64,000 nt of DNA, from contig CAWDVE010000017.1 in the NCBI GenBank assembly GCA_963805625.1, positions 576,001 to 640,000 of the forward strand, in the 5' to 3' direction. The notes below the pieces were generated by a model. That model saw nothing but the letters and a program-made list of their open reading frames with translations. It did no database searches and had not been told where the DNA came from. Made by a program: the position numbers and the translations under genes. Positions 38,687 through 48,801 of the stretch are shown here, one piece after another (within the stretch, counting starts at the first letter, position 1; each line of letters begins with the position of its first letter). Source of the stretch: an uncultured Candidatus Rokubacteria bacterium (GTDB taxonomy: Bacteria > Methylomirabilota > Methylomirabilia > Rokubacteriales > DASRDR01).

Positions 38687-39904
38687 ATGGTGATCCGGGA
38701 TCGGCGGGGGGCGGTGCGCGCCTGGATGGGACGCCTCGGCCTGGTCGTCGCATCGTGTGCGGTCACCCTGACCCTCCTGGAGGCTGCGCTGCACTTGCTG
38801 CCGGCGTGGAGTCGTGCCACGACGCGCGACGAGCGCTTCGCCTTCAGTCCCTACCGTCCCGACGGTCGGCTGGGCTTCACCCTGCGTCCCGGAGTCCGGG
38901 TCCGGCACGTCGACCGGGACTTCTCGGTGTCGGTTGCCGTGAATGCCCTCGGCATGCGTGGCCCGGAGCGCGGCACATCCAAGCCCGCCGGCACCGCGAG
39001 GATCCTGCTTCTCGGCGACTCGTTCGCCTTCGGGTGGGGGGTCGAGCAGGACGAGGCCTTCGGCGCCCGGTTGGAGCGGATCCTGACCGAGCGGGTCGGG
39101 CCGGTCGAGGTGCTGCCGGCAGCCGTGCCGGGCTGGAGCACCGACCAGCACTCCATCTATCTGCGCACGCAGGGGCTGGCCCTCCATCCTGACTTGATCC
39201 TGCTCGCCACGAGCGAGAACGATCTCACCGAGCTGAGTCTGAATCGCCTCACGCTCGCCGACGATCGGCTCCCGGTCCGCGTTGAGCCGATGTGGCGGAT
39301 GATCGACGCTACCGGGCGCATGCGCTACATGGGAACGGGGCGCGCGGCCCTCCCGCGCGAGCCCTGGCCGGGGGAGACGTGGCTCCAGGACCACTCGCTC
39401 CTCTACCATTGGCTGCGCTTCCGACTGGCGAAGGTCTCGGCTGCGGTGGCCGTCCGGCGGGCCCGCCCCGCGGCGCCGGAGTGGCTCGCCAGCGACCCCG
39501 ATCTGGCGATTGACCGCGTGTCTCCGGACGATCTGCAGCGCGCGCTGGCCGTGAGTCCCGGGTTTCGTCTCCGCTATCATCTCTTCCTCGTGGAAGCCAT
39601 GGAGCGGGACGCGCGCGCCCGTGGCATCCCTCTGCGGACCTTCCTGGTAGCCCACGGCGGCGAGACTCAGCCGGCCGATCCCGTGCTGGCGAGCCTCCAC
39701 GTCGCATGCGCCGCCCGCGGGGAGGCGTGCTTCGACAGCGCCCGGGTGATCTCCGCCGCGGAGACGGCCCGGTTCACGTTTGCGCACGACTCGCACTGGA
39801 ACCGCGAGGGCCATGGGCGCATCGGCGAGGCTTTGGCGGCCTGGCTCGAGCGGGAGCCGGCGCTTCGACCAGTCAGAACCTCACGCCCACCCGGACCTGG
39901 ATGA
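38687..39904 (+). CDS. Membrane-anchored SGNH/GDSL hydrolase
   Basis: N-terminal TM; N.LG.RG, LLGDSF.FGWGV, END, DSHWN..GH; start uncertain. Confidence 0.8.
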   Translation: MVIRDRRGAVRAWMGRLGLVVASCAVTLTLLEAALHLLPAWSRATTRDERFAFSPYRPDGRLGFTLRPGVRVRHVDRDFSVSVAVNALGMRGPERGTSKPAGTARILLLGDSFAFGWGVEQDEAFGARLERILTERVGPVEVLPAAVPGWSTDQHSIYLRTQGLALHPDLILLATSENDLTELSLNRLTLADDRLPVRVEPMWRMIDATGRMRYMGTGRAALPREPWPGETWLQDHSLLYHWLRFRLAKVSAAVAVRRARPAAPEWLASDPDLAIDRVSPDDLQRALAVSPGFRLRYHLFLVEAMERDARARGIPLRTFLVAHGGETQPADPVLASLHVACAARGEACFDSARVISAAETARFTFAHDSHWNREGHGRIGEALAAWLEREPALRPVRTSRPPGPG

Positions 39905-40900
39905 ACGGCCCATCGCCGACGTCGATCCGATTCTGCTCACGATCACTGTAGCCCTCGCCCTCGAAGTAGAACCGGTCGAAGCTGTAGCCGACGTCGGCGT
40001 CGATGAACAGCTGCCGGGCGAGGCCAATGATGGCCCCGGCCCGGATTCGCTTCTCGTAGTAGAAGAGGCGGTCGTCCGGGTTGGAACGGCCCGCGAGCAG
40101 ATAGCGCTCGTTGGTCCAGTCGAAGCCGACCCAGAGGCGAACTGGGCGGAAGACCTGGTAAGTGAGGCGGACATCCACCGTTCGGACGGCGATGTATGAT
40201 GCGGTGAGCGTCAGCCTCTCGATCGGTCGGTACTCCAGTGACAGAACACCGGTGGTGACGACCGCCGAGAACTGGTCCGACGGCCGGTACGAGTATCCGA
40301 AGCCGGGAATCGGGATGCCTGGCAGGAACTCCCGGTTGCTCCCGTAGTTCAGGAAGAAGATCCACGCGTCACGATCCCGTGCGGGAACGCGCAGGACGGC
40401 CGTCGCGTTGATGTCCATCTCGTCCAGGCTCGCGAAGGGTTTGTCGCTCGGCGACCCGACCGTGACGTCGAGCGCTCCGATCCAGCCGGACTCGAAGCGG
40501 TGACGGTAGCCGGTCCCGATGCGAATGTTCCACAGCTCGTCCGGGAACGGCTCGCCGGTATCCGGGAACACCGCGCCCGTGGCGAACTCTTGGTTCCGAA
40601 TGCGGAGCGATGCATACCACTCGTCGGTGGCGTTCTGTCGGAGCGGCACCGAGAGGGAGAAGTCCTGCTGGAACAGGCCGAGCTCCGCGGGCTGGCCGGC
40701 CACTGGCTGGTCCGGAAACCACGTGATCCGGTAGTCCGAGCGGATTAGGAGCCTTCCCAGCTCCGGAGCGAAGAGATTCAGGAACTCCTCCTGGGCCTGA
40801 GCCGGTGAAGCCCAGAGACCCACGAGGCAAGCCACCACGAGCAGGCGCGCCAGCCCCGACAGCCAGGCGGGGGAAGCAGGGATCCGAAGGAAACCGCGCG
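39873..40900 (-). CDS. Outer-membrane beta-barrel protein
   Basis: Signal ending AQA|QEEF, amphipathic strands, C-terminal VRVGVRF; start uncertain (3' part of ORF 39873-43796). Confidence 0.7.
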
Positions 40901-40918
40901 CGCCCGGGAACGGGCGGC

Positions 40919-41683
40919 CTAGCTGGCGTCGCTGACCGGCGTCGCGGGAGTCATCGCCACGGCGGCGGCCGTGGAGACCAGCGAATCGGCGGAGGGGCCT
41001 GCCATGGCCGGGACGAGCAGGGGATCGGTCCCACTGGCCAGGGGGATCATTCTCAGGACGTGTCCGAATCGAGGCGCGGACCTGATGACCCAAAGGGCAG
41101 TGCAGAGATACGCGAACCCTGCCGTGAATCCGCCGAGGATGTCCGAGAGGAAGTGGGCATCGAGATACATCCGGCTGTAGGCCACGGTGCCGACAACCGT
41201 CGCGCACACTCCCACCGCGAGGCGCCCCCGTCCCTGCCGGGCGCGTTCCACGCTGACGACATACGCGAGATATCCGCAGAGCACGACGAGGCTCAGGACG
41301 TGGGCGCTCGGGAAGCCCCACGGGCCCAGGTTCGGGCGGGGCCGATCGACGGCCCACTTCGCGAGGAACTGGATGACCCCCACGCCCGCCATGACCAGAG
41401 GGAGCGCCAGCGCCCAGCGCCGCTGCCGAGGCCAGAACATCACCATGCCCACGACTACGGCCGCGACCTGGCCGGGCTGGCCCCCGAGGAAGGAGGCTCC
41501 TTGCATGAAGCCGACGAATCCGGGGTGGTGCGTCTGGTGGACCAGCGAGCGGGCGACGCGATCCGCCCCGTCGAACTGCTGGTGGGTGACGATGAGGGTC
41601 AGCACCAGGAAGCCGAGCAGGCAGAGCAGCCCACCCTGGAGCAATGCTCGACTCGAATCCACCCCGGCTGACCGCTGTGGCAT
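40919..41683 (-). CDS. PAP2-family phosphatase
   Basis: K.AVDRPRP, FPSAH, SRMYLDAHFLSDILGG. Confidence 0.88.
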   Translation of the reverse strand: MPQRSAGVDSSRALLQGGLLCLLGFLVLTLIVTHQQFDGADRVARSLVHQTHHPGFVGFMQGASFLGGQPGQVAAVVVGMVMFWPRQRRWALALPLVMAGVGVIQFLAKWAVDRPRPNLGPWGFPSAHVLSLVVLCGYLAYVVSVERARQGRGRLAVGVCATVVGTVAYSRMYLDAHFLSDILGGFTAGFAYLCTALWVIRSAPRFGHVLRMIPLASGTDPLLVPAMAGPSADSLVSTAAAVAMTPATPVSDAS

Positions 41684-41744
41684 GGGAGCTACGCCCCCAC
41701 ATTAGCATGACCGCCGCCGAGTGCAACTGGTCCCCCATTGCCCT

Positions 41745-41760
41745 GGGCACGCTTCTTGCT
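41745..41760 (+). promoter_or_regulatory. Sigma-54 promoter
   Basis: GGGCAC-GCTTC-TTGCT, 15 nt before ATG 41775. Confidence 0.7.
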
Positions 41761-41774
41761 GGCGACCATCCAGA

Positions 41775-42758
41775 ATGCGCGTCCTGCGGATCCTCCCACT
41801 TGCCGGCGGCTTGCTCACCCTCGTTCTCCTGGTTCGCCACTTCGGTCTGGCATCCCTCACCGATGCCCTGACGCGGATTACGTGGTGGCAGTTCGTCCTC
41901 ATCTGCCTTGTCCACGGCGTGACCATGATCCTGGACACGCTCGGATGGCGGTACACGCTCGTTGCCGACCGTCCGCCCTTCTTCAAGCTCCTTGCAGCAC
42001 GGTGCGCGGGTCAGGCGGTCAACGTGATCACCGCGCTCGGCGGCGTCGGCGGGGAGGCGATCAAGGCCTGGCTGCTCCGCCGGGACATTCCTTACGAGGC
42101 CAGCGTGCCCTCGCTGATTCTCGCGAAGACGGCAGAGGTGGTGGGGCAGGCCATGCTTCTCGTCACGGGGATCCTGGTCGCCTGGGCGACGGGCGTCGTC
42201 GGATGGTCGCTCCTCGGCCCGATGTGCTATCTGCTCGTCGTGGAGGTGATCGGCGTGGGTGGGTTCATCCTGGCCCAGGTCGCGGGCGGCGTCGGCCGGG
42301 CCGGTCGCCTCCTCGTATGGGTGGGCGCGGGACGCGGAGCGCACCGTGTCGATGGCGCGGTCCGAAAGTTCTATCGCTCGCACTGGCGATCGCTCCTGGT
42401 CTCGGTGGGGCTCCACTTCGCGAGCTGGCTCGTCGGGACGATGGAAGTGCTGCTCATCCTCCGGAGCTTGCACGTCGGGGCATCGGTTGCGACGGCCACC
42501 GTCATCGAGGCACTCGGGACCGGGGTCCGCTTCGCGACCTTCTTCGTCCCGGCCAGCCTTGGCACGCTCGAGGGCGCCAATGCGGCCGCGTTCGCCGCCC
42601 TCGGATGGGCGGCGAGCGATGGACTCGCCTTCAGCCTCGTTCGTCGAGGTCGTCAAGCCGCGTGGATCGGCATCGGGCTCGCGGTCCTGGCAGCGATGGG
42701 GGCCGCGCGGGCGACGGAGAAGGGGTCGGTGGGACCCGAACCGGCCCGCGCCGACTGA
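41775..42758 (+). CDS. Lysylphosphatidylglycerol synthase TM / flippase-like protein (paralog of 14604-15644)
   Basis: R.AGQAVN.IT...VGGEAIKAWLL, FFVPASLGTLEG, RRGRQ. Confidence 0.82.
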   Translation: MRVLRILPLAGGLLTLVLLVRHFGLASLTDALTRITWWQFVLICLVHGVTMILDTLGWRYTLVADRPPFFKLLAARCAGQAVNVITALGGVGGEAIKAWLLRRDIPYEASVPSLILAKTAEVVGQAMLLVTGILVAWATGVVGWSLLGPMCYLLVVEVIGVGGFILAQVAGGVGRAGRLLVWVGAGRGAHRVDGAVRKFYRSHWRSLLVSVGLHFASWLVGTMEVLLILRSLHVGASVATATVIEALGTGVRFATFFVPASLGTLEGANAAAFAALGWAASDGLAFSLVRRGRQAAWIGIGLAVLAAMGAARATEKGSVGPEPARAD

Positions 42759-42772
42759 CGTACCGCCGCCCC

Positions 42773-43759
42773 TCACGCGACCAGGTCGGGAGCGAGGGGG
42801 ACCTCGGCCTCGCGCGGGCCAAGACCTCGCTCCAGGGTGGCTGCCGTCTCCGGCGACACGACGACGGGCAGCCGATGAGGCAGGATCTCGAGCTGCTCGC
42901 GCCTCGAGCCGAGACCGGACACCGACACCCGCTGACCCCGGCAGAGCAGCGTCCCGTCCGATGCTCCGGGAAGGCGCAGGTGGCGCCGGAGAAGTCTTGC
43001 GAACACCTGTCGGTGGGTCGTCCCCTTCATGACGAAGACATCGAAGAGGCCGTCGACCGGCGAGGCGTCGGGAGTGAGCGGGAGCCAGGCGCCGTAGGTC
43101 TTCACGTTGGCCACGATGACGAGGGCGGCGTCCACCGCGACCACGCGGCCGTCCACCACGACGCGTAGATGCGACGGTCGCGCCTCGCGAAGATGGCGGA
43201 GCGCAGCCCGGTAGTATGCGAGCCAGCGCTGCCACCGGGCCCGAGGCGTCGTAGCGGCCCCCTCGACCGCCTCCTGGACCTCCGCGATCAGTCCATAGCT
43301 CTGCTGACACAGGAACAGCTCGCCGTTGCGCATGCCGACGTCCGAATGGATGACCCGCCCCCGCGCCAGCAGGTCGAGCGCGCCTTCCACGCTGGCCGGG
43401 TGGTTGAACGCGCGCGCGAAGAGATTGCCGAAGCCGGACGAAACCGGCAGGAAGGGCACCGAGCGACGCATTGCCGCGAGCGCGGTAGTGCTCTGAGTCC
43501 CGTCCCCGCCGACACAGACCAGGGCCGAGAAGGCGCTGCCGTCGGTCTGTGCCCACCCGTGCAGACTGTCGAGGTCGGGAAAGACCTCGAGGCTGGTTAT
43601 CCGTCGTCGCGCTGCGAGCGCGTCGCGTAGCCGGACTGCCGTGCTCATCGCGGTGCCGTTGCCGGAGCCGGGCGTGACGACGATTTGTATCGGCTGAGAA
43701 GTCGCGGTGTGCGCGCCGCGTCTGCTCGACGTTCTGCGGATCAGCGTTTTCATTTTCAT
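42773..43759 (-). CDS. Diacylglycerol kinase family lipid kinase
   Basis: PGSGNG, VGGDGT, G.GNLFAR, AN..TYG, ASPVDGLFDV. Confidence 0.85.
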   Translation of the reverse strand: MKMKTLIRRTSSRRGAHTATSQPIQIVVTPGSGNGTAMSTAVRLRDALAARRRITSLEVFPDLDSLHGWAQTDGSAFSALVCVGGDGTQSTTALAAMRRSVPFLPVSSGFGNLFARAFNHPASVEGALDLLARGRVIHSDVGMRNGELFLCQQSYGLIAEVQEAVEGAATTPRARWQRWLAYYRAALRHLREARPSHLRVVVDGRVVAVDAALVIVANVKTYGAWLPLTPDASPVDGLFDVFVMKGTTHRQVFARLLRRHLRLPGASDGTLLCRGQRVSVSGLGSRREQLEILPHRLPVVVSPETAATLERGLGPREAEVPLAPDLVA

Positions 43760-43771
43760 GTGATGGAACGG

Positions 43772-43787
43772 AGCAAGGGAAGTGCCA
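43772..43787 (-). promoter_or_regulatory. Sigma-54 promoter
   Basis: Minus strand TGGCAC-TTCCC-TTGCT just before ATG 43759. Confidence 0.78.
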
Positions 43788-43930
43788 GACGCGCATTGTT
43801 GCCGTCTCCAGCAGAGACGCCTCTTTCGCTGGGTGAGGCCGGAATAATCCCCGTCAGCTCGGGGCAGGCCGACGGGATGTCCGCGGAGCGACAGGCTGAC
43901 GCTGAGCCCTTGGAGCGACTCGAGACGCGA

Positions 43931-44671
43931 TCAGCCCGACGAGGAAACGGGTCGAATCCGAAGACTGGCTACGAGCGGCAGGTGGTCAGAAGCGACGCGC
44001 GAAAGACGGGTCCGATGAACACGCAGTGACTCGCCCCGAACGGCGTGGTCCCAATAGATGCGATCCAGCGCCCACAACGGCATGAAGGCCGGGTGGGTGA
44101 GCCGGCGCCGCAGGCTGGTGAACTCGCGCCTCAGTGCCCGGCCTACGCGACCCGGGAACCACTCGTTCAGATCACCGATCACGACTCGCGGGCCCGTGCG
44201 GTCGTTCCACAGGATGTGGCGCTCGACCAGCCACTTCACCTGCGCGGCGCGCTCGTGCCCCCTGAGGCCGAGGTGGACGTTGAAGATGTGGAGGGTCTGC
44301 TCCCGGAATCCCAGGTCGACTCGAATTCCGCCTCGAGCCTCGCGCGTCCGCACGGAGAGGTCGAACGTGGCCACGCCCTGGAGCGGCAGACGCGTGAGGA
44401 TGGCGTTGCCGTACGCGCCGTCCGCGCGATGAACGGTGACCCCGGTAACGAACTGCATGCCCAGGTCGCGGGCCAGATGCTCGGCTTGCGCCTCGTAGAT
44501 CTCCTGGACGCCGACGACGTCGGCGTCCAGTTCCCGCACGACCTCAGCAATGCGCCGGAGGCTGACTCGCCCGTCGAGGCCTCGAGCCCGGTGGATGTTG
44601 TACGTTGCCACCCGCACCACGTCGCGAGTGCGGCCGCGTGAGGTGATGTCGGCGGCTGTCGGCCCTGTCAT
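43931..44671 (-). CDS. Endonuclease/exonuclease/phosphatase family protein (YbhP-like)
   Basis: ATYNIH, DVVGVQE, YGNAILTR, NVHLGL, GDLNEW, LDRI, ASDHLP. Confidence 0.9.
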   Translation of the reverse strand: MTGPTAADITSRGRTRDVVRVATYNIHRARGLDGRVSLRRIAEVVRELDADVVGVQEIYEAQAEHLARDLGMQFVTGVTVHRADGAYGNAILTRLPLQGVATFDLSVRTREARGGIRVDLGFREQTLHIFNVHLGLRGHERAAQVKWLVERHILWNDRTGPRVVIGDLNEWFPGRVGRALRREFTSLRRRLTHPAFMPLWALDRIYWDHAVRGESLRVHRTRLSRVASDHLPLVASLRIRPVSSSG

Positions 44672-44841
44672 CAGAGTCTCCGGTTCAAGAATAGGGGGAA
44701 GGAGATGGCTCGGCAACGACTGGCCCGCTGGGCGTCAGGGTGTCGTCACCGCGACACGGCGTCGCGGTCGCGCGAGGCGTCGAAGCCAGGCCGAGCGGCA
44801 GGTAATTCCAGCTGCCCATGTGTGCAGCGAATTCGAGGGCA

Positions 44842-44857
44842 TGGCATGCGCCTTGCG
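44842..44857 (+). promoter_or_regulatory. Sigma-54 promoter
   Basis: TGGCAT-GCGCC-TTGCG. Confidence 0.7.
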
Positions 44858-44869
44858 GATACCGCCGGC

Positions 44870-45154
44870 ATGACTCGTATGAGGTCACATCTAACAGCGC
44901 AGGGCCAGTCCTTCCTCCGCATCCTGGAGCGTCCTACGGCGCCGCCGGAAGCCCGGGTAGCTGCGGCGGTCTCGCCTCAGGCCGTCGCGCGCCGGAAGAG
45001 ACCGGCATCCCCACGCACGGGACTCCTTCGCCTGGCGCCCCGTCTCTCAGTCGTGACGGGCAACCGTCGGGAACCGGACTGGCGGGTGATCGCGGGCGGT
45101 ATCGGCGCCGCGGTCGCCGACAGCGACGTCGAGGACGCCCCGTGGAGCGCGTGA
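44870..45154 (+). CDS. Small hypothetical protein
   Basis: ATG right after the sigma-54 promoter; stop overlaps the next start. Confidence 0.45.
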   Translation: MTRMRSHLTAQGQSFLRILERPTAPPEARVAAAVSPQAVARRKRPASPRTGLLRLAPRLSVVTGNRREPDWRVIAGGIGAAVADSDVEDAPWSA

Positions 45155-45588
45155 TGCGGAACCAGAGCACCATCGTGAGGATCGGAGGACGGCCATGCGG
45201 ACCTGGCACGCTCCTGGTGACCGTTCTTGCCGTGACCCTGCTCGGAGCCTGTGCGGCCCAGCCCATCGTTACAACCCCGCGAACCTACCAGGGCGCGGGT
45301 GCCGGGGCGGCCGTCGGCGCCGGGGCCGGGGTGCTGATCGACAAGGACAATCGCTGGCGCGGTGCCGCGCTGGGCGCCGCCCTCGGAGGGAGCCTCACCG
45401 AGATGTCCTCGCGCGCCGCGCGGGAGTCCGTGAGCACGAACCAGCCGGTTGCCTACCAGTCGACGGATTGGTGGCAGCGAGTCGAGGCGGTTCCGCAGAC
45501 GCAGAATGCCCGCGGCTGCCGGCAGGTTCACGAGCGCGTGTATCAGGACAACCAGCTCGTCCGCGAGCAAATCCGAGAGGTGTGCTAG
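45154..45588 (+). CDS. Glycine-zipper lipoprotein
   Basis: Lipobox LGAC; GAGAGAAVGAGAG, GAALGAALGG. Confidence 0.75.
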   Translation: MRNQSTIVRIGGRPCGPGTLLVTVLAVTLLGACAAQPIVTTPRTYQGAGAGAAVGAGAGVLIDKDNRWRGAALGAALGGSLTEMSSRAARESVSTNQPVAYQSTDWWQRVEAVPQTQNARGCRQVHERVYQDNQLVREQIREVC

Positions 45589-45600
45589 GGCGGAGCCCGC

Positions 45601-46062
45601 GTGAGACACGGGTCATGGATCGTCGCCGCCCGGCGCCGCGTGTGGACCGCGCAGGTCGGGCTCCTAGTCGTGGCCCTGGGGGTCTGGGGCTGCGCCACGG
45701 TGAAGACGCCGGTGCCTCGTCCGGCGTTCGACGCGCGGCGGGTGGACGATCGATCCCCGGGCCCGGGTCGCTCTGAGATGGGCCTCGCCTCCTGGTACGG
45801 CGAGCCGCATCACGGTCAGTCCACTGCCTCGGGGGAGATCTTCGACATGACGCAGCTCACGGCGGCGCACCGCACGCTGCCGCTCGGCACGTGTCTACGG
45901 GTCGTGAATCTCGAGAATGGGCGAATCGTCCGAGTACGGGTGAACGACCGAGGGCCGTACGTGGCCGGCCGGGTCCTCGACCTGAGCCGGGAGGCTGCCC
46001 GCGCCCTCGACATGGTGGAGCGTGGTGTGGTGCCCGTCAAGCTGGAGATCATCCGTGAATGA
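45601..46062 (+). CDS. rlpA: RlpA-family lytic transglycosylase lipoprotein
   Basis: WGC lipobox; GLASWYG, TASGE, TAAHRTLPLG, VNDRGPY, DLS..AA..L. Confidence 0.9.
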   Translation: MRHGSWIVAARRRVWTAQVGLLVVALGVWGCATVKTPVPRPAFDARRVDDRSPGPGRSEMGLASWYGEPHHGQSTASGEIFDMTQLTAAHRTLPLGTCLRVVNLENGRIVRVRVNDRGPYVAGRVLDLSREAARALDMVERGVVPVKLEIIRE

Positions 46063-46137
46063 CATTGCTCAGCGCCGGGACGCGCGGGTGACGCCAGGTC
46101 GACCCGCAGTCGCGGCGCGTGCAGGGGGGATGGGGAC

Positions 46138-46767
46138 ATGAAACCTAGAATGTGGGCGTACGCACTGGCGTTCACCGCGAGCCTGACCGTTCTCGTCGAC
46201 ACCGTCGAAGCGGGCGTCCCGACGGATCAGCTTCGGGGCGCGACCGATCGGGTGCTGAAGGTGCTCCAGGACCCGGAGCTCAAGCAGCCGGCCAAGCGGG
46301 AGGCGCGGCGCCAGCAGATCCGCGCCATCGCCGACGAGATCTTCGACTGGCAGGAGACGGGCAAGCGGGCCCTCGCCCGCCACTGGCAGGGCCGGAACCC
46401 GAACGAGCGCGAGGAGTTCGCCGCGCTCTTCTCGGACCTCATCGAGCGCTCCTACATCTCGAAGATCGAGCAGTATTCCGGCGAGCGCGTCGTCTATGCC
46501 GGCGAAACGGTGGAGGGCGAGCAGGCAACGGTCAAGACCAAGCTGGTCACGAAGTCGAACACGGAGATTCCCATCGAGTATCGGATGCAGAAGGAAGGCG
46601 ACCGCTGGCGCGCCTACGACGTCGTGATCGAGGGCGTCAGCCTCGTGTCGAACTACCGGACGCAGTTTAACCGGATCATCCAGCAGTCTGGATATGGCGA
46701 GCTGGTGAACAAGCTCAAGACCAAGAAGGAGGAGCTTCAGTTCGAGACCGGCCAGACCAAGGGATGA
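46138..46767 (+). CDS. MlaC/Ttg2D phospholipid-binding periplasmic protein
   Basis: FD.....RAL..HW, F..LF..L....Y, YDVVIEGVSLVSNYRTQF. Confidence 0.9.
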   Translation: MKPRMWAYALAFTASLTVLVDTVEAGVPTDQLRGATDRVLKVLQDPELKQPAKREARRQQIRAIADEIFDWQETGKRALARHWQGRNPNEREEFAALFSDLIERSYISKIEQYSGERVVYAGETVEGEQATVKTKLVTKSNTEIPIEYRMQKEGDRWRAYDVVIEGVSLVSNYRTQFNRIIQQSGYGELVNKLKTKKEELQFETGQTKG

Positions 46768-46849
46768 CGGCCACGACGAAGCCGCCCGCAGCGATCGCTC
46801 GGTGTCGCGCGGCCCGAAGGAGGCAGGCATGCGTACGAACCAATAATTG

Positions 46850-47116
46850 ATGCGAATGACCCGGCTCACCACCGTGGCGCTCGGTGCGGGACTCGGTGTG
46901 GGAATGGCCGTCGCGGTCGCCTGGGGCGGTGAGCAGTGGGGCACGGTCAAGAGCGTCGATCAGAGCCAAGACCGGATCGTGCTGAACGACGGAACCCAGT
47001 TCTGGCTGATGCCAGGGCTGTCTCTCGATCTCCTCGCTCAGGGCAAGCGTGTCAAGGTCGTCTACGACGAGCGCGAGGGCAAGAAGTGGATCCGCAGCGT
47101 CGAGGCGACGAACTGA
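46850..47116 (+). CDS. Small secreted OB-fold protein (DUF1344-like)
   Basis: Signal peptide; GTVKSVD...IVL.DG, GKRVKVVY. Confidence 0.65.
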   Translation: MRMTRLTTVALGAGLGVGMAVAVAWGGEQWGTVKSVDQSQDRIVLNDGTQFWLMPGLSLDLLAQGKRVKVVYDEREGKKWIRSVEATN

Positions 47117-47318
47117 CATGCGGTCTCCCCGCCGTCCGGTCTCCCGGGACCGCCGACGTCCGGCCGGCTGGCGACCGGCTTCGAGGTTCGATCGGCCGGT
47201 CGGCCGGAGCCTCCGGTGAAGGGTCTCCTGCACGCCGGCTCGTCGTGACCAGTGCCGTGGTGTCGGGAAGGCGACAAGTTGTCGTGAGGCGGGGCAGGAG
47301 CCGTTCTCGGGGGACCCC

Positions 47319-47334
47319 CGGCATCGCGCTTGCT
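47319..47334 (+). promoter_or_regulatory. Sigma-54 promoter
   Basis: CGGCAT-CGCGC-TTGCT before ATG 47350. Confidence 0.68.
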
Positions 47335-47349
47335 ACTCCTCCGGGTAGG

Positions 47350-47775
47350 ATGCGCACGCCTATTCAGCTCGTCCGGCAGTACACACCCATTCTGAAGGCC
47401 CCGACGGGAGAGACCTTTGTCGCCCGGGCTTACATGGACCGGCAGCCCGGCGGTCTCTGGGAGGCCTGGCTGGTGTTCTTCTCGCTCACCACTGGAGCCG
47501 CCCTCGCCACCGATCGCGAGACGACCCAGGGAAAGCGCGAGCACGTGCTCTACTGGGCGACCGGGCTGAGTCCGACCTATCTACAGGGCGCCCTCGAGCG
47601 GGCGTTCGAGCTCCAGCCCGAGGCGCAGCTCGCCCGGCGAGCTGCGCGCGCGGAACGCCAGGAAGCGTACGCTCTCCTCGAGGCCGAGATCTACGCCGCA
47701 GCGGCGACCAGCGCTCTGCGTAAGGCTGCCGCCGCCCGCGACCGTATCTCGAGAGGTCAGGTGAGCCCCGGGTAG
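47350..47775 (+). CDS. Conserved hypothetical protein
   Basis: WEAWLVF, TDRETTQ, YWATGLSPTYLQGALERA. Confidence 0.7.
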   Translation: MRTPIQLVRQYTPILKAPTGETFVARAYMDRQPGGLWEAWLVFFSLTTGAALATDRETTQGKREHVLYWATGLSPTYLQGALERAFELQPEAQLARRAARAERQEAYALLEAEIYAAAATSALRKAAAARDRISRGQVSPG

Positions 47776-47887
47776 GCGTTCGAGTGTGACCGCAGCGAGC
47801 GCGAGACGGCGAGACGGTAAGATCGCGCGGGTCTTTCGAGCTCGGATCATGCAGGAAGAGGTGTTTCGGTGTGAGACGATATCGTCC

Positions 47888-48801
47888 ATGATCGGCGGCG
47901 CGCCGTCCGCCACCGGCAACTGCGCGACCTGGGAAAGCGTGCTCGAGGCGCCCGCCGAGGGGCAGCACGTCGCGCAGCTCTACACCGAGCCGGATTTCCT
48001 CGTGCGCGCGGTGTGTCGGTTCGTCGTGGCGGGGCTTCGCCAAGGCGAGGCCGTGCTCCTGCTGATTAGGGCCACCCACCGGCCGGCGATCGTGAGGCAC
48101 CTCGAGGCCGACGGGTTCGTGATCGACGATCTCTCGCATCGCGGTCAGTTGACGATCCTCGACGCCACCCGGACCTTGACCGAGCTGCTTGTCCATGGGC
48201 GGCCGGAGCGCGCGCGCGTCCAGGCGGTGGTCGGCGGGGCGGTCGAGGCCCGCATGGCCGCGGGGTACACGCGGTTTCGCGCGTTCGGGGAGATGGTGGA
48301 CATCCTCCGTCGGGCGAGCCTCACGATGGCGCTCCAGCTCGAGGGGTTGTGGACCGAGCTGGTGACCGCGCGCCGGATCGCGCTCCTCTGTGGCTATTCC
48401 ATCGACACACCTTCAATCCGGAAGCCTACCGGGGGCTTCTCCAGCGTGTCAGCGCCGCGCACCCGCACGTCGTTCCCGTCGAGGACTATGCGCGGCTCGA
48501 CCACGCCGTGGAGTCGGCCTACCTGGAAGTCTTCGGTGTTGGGCGGGACGCAGGGTTTCTCCGCCGAACGTTCATCGCCAACTATCCGAGACCGGTGACG
48601 ATGCCCGACGCCCAGGCGGCGATCCTGGCCGCGCAGGAGTTCGTTCCGGAGGCCGCGGTCGCGCTCCTCGATCGGATCCGCCACCACTACCACGGCCCCC
48701 CGACGGCGGCCTCCGGGAGGCCGTCGGCGGACGGGCCGCCGGGGCTCGTCAGGTCAAGCGACCTAGCGGGCCGAGGTCGAGATTCAGATCGTCGGGGGTG
48801 A
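47888..48801 (+). pseudogene. MEDS-domain sensory protein with a frameshift near 48405
   Basis: HVAQLY, GL..GE, RAFGEMVDIL, LE.LW..L, LLCGY; an extra AC dinucleotide shifts the frame before FNPEAY...H..V.P. Confidence 0.7.

Noticed and set aside
39873-43796. 1307-aa ORF
   Set aside because: Only the last ~330 aa look like a real protein (beta-barrel). The rest is an off-frame or antisense read-through of the PAP2, flippase-like and DAGK genes, as expected at high GC.
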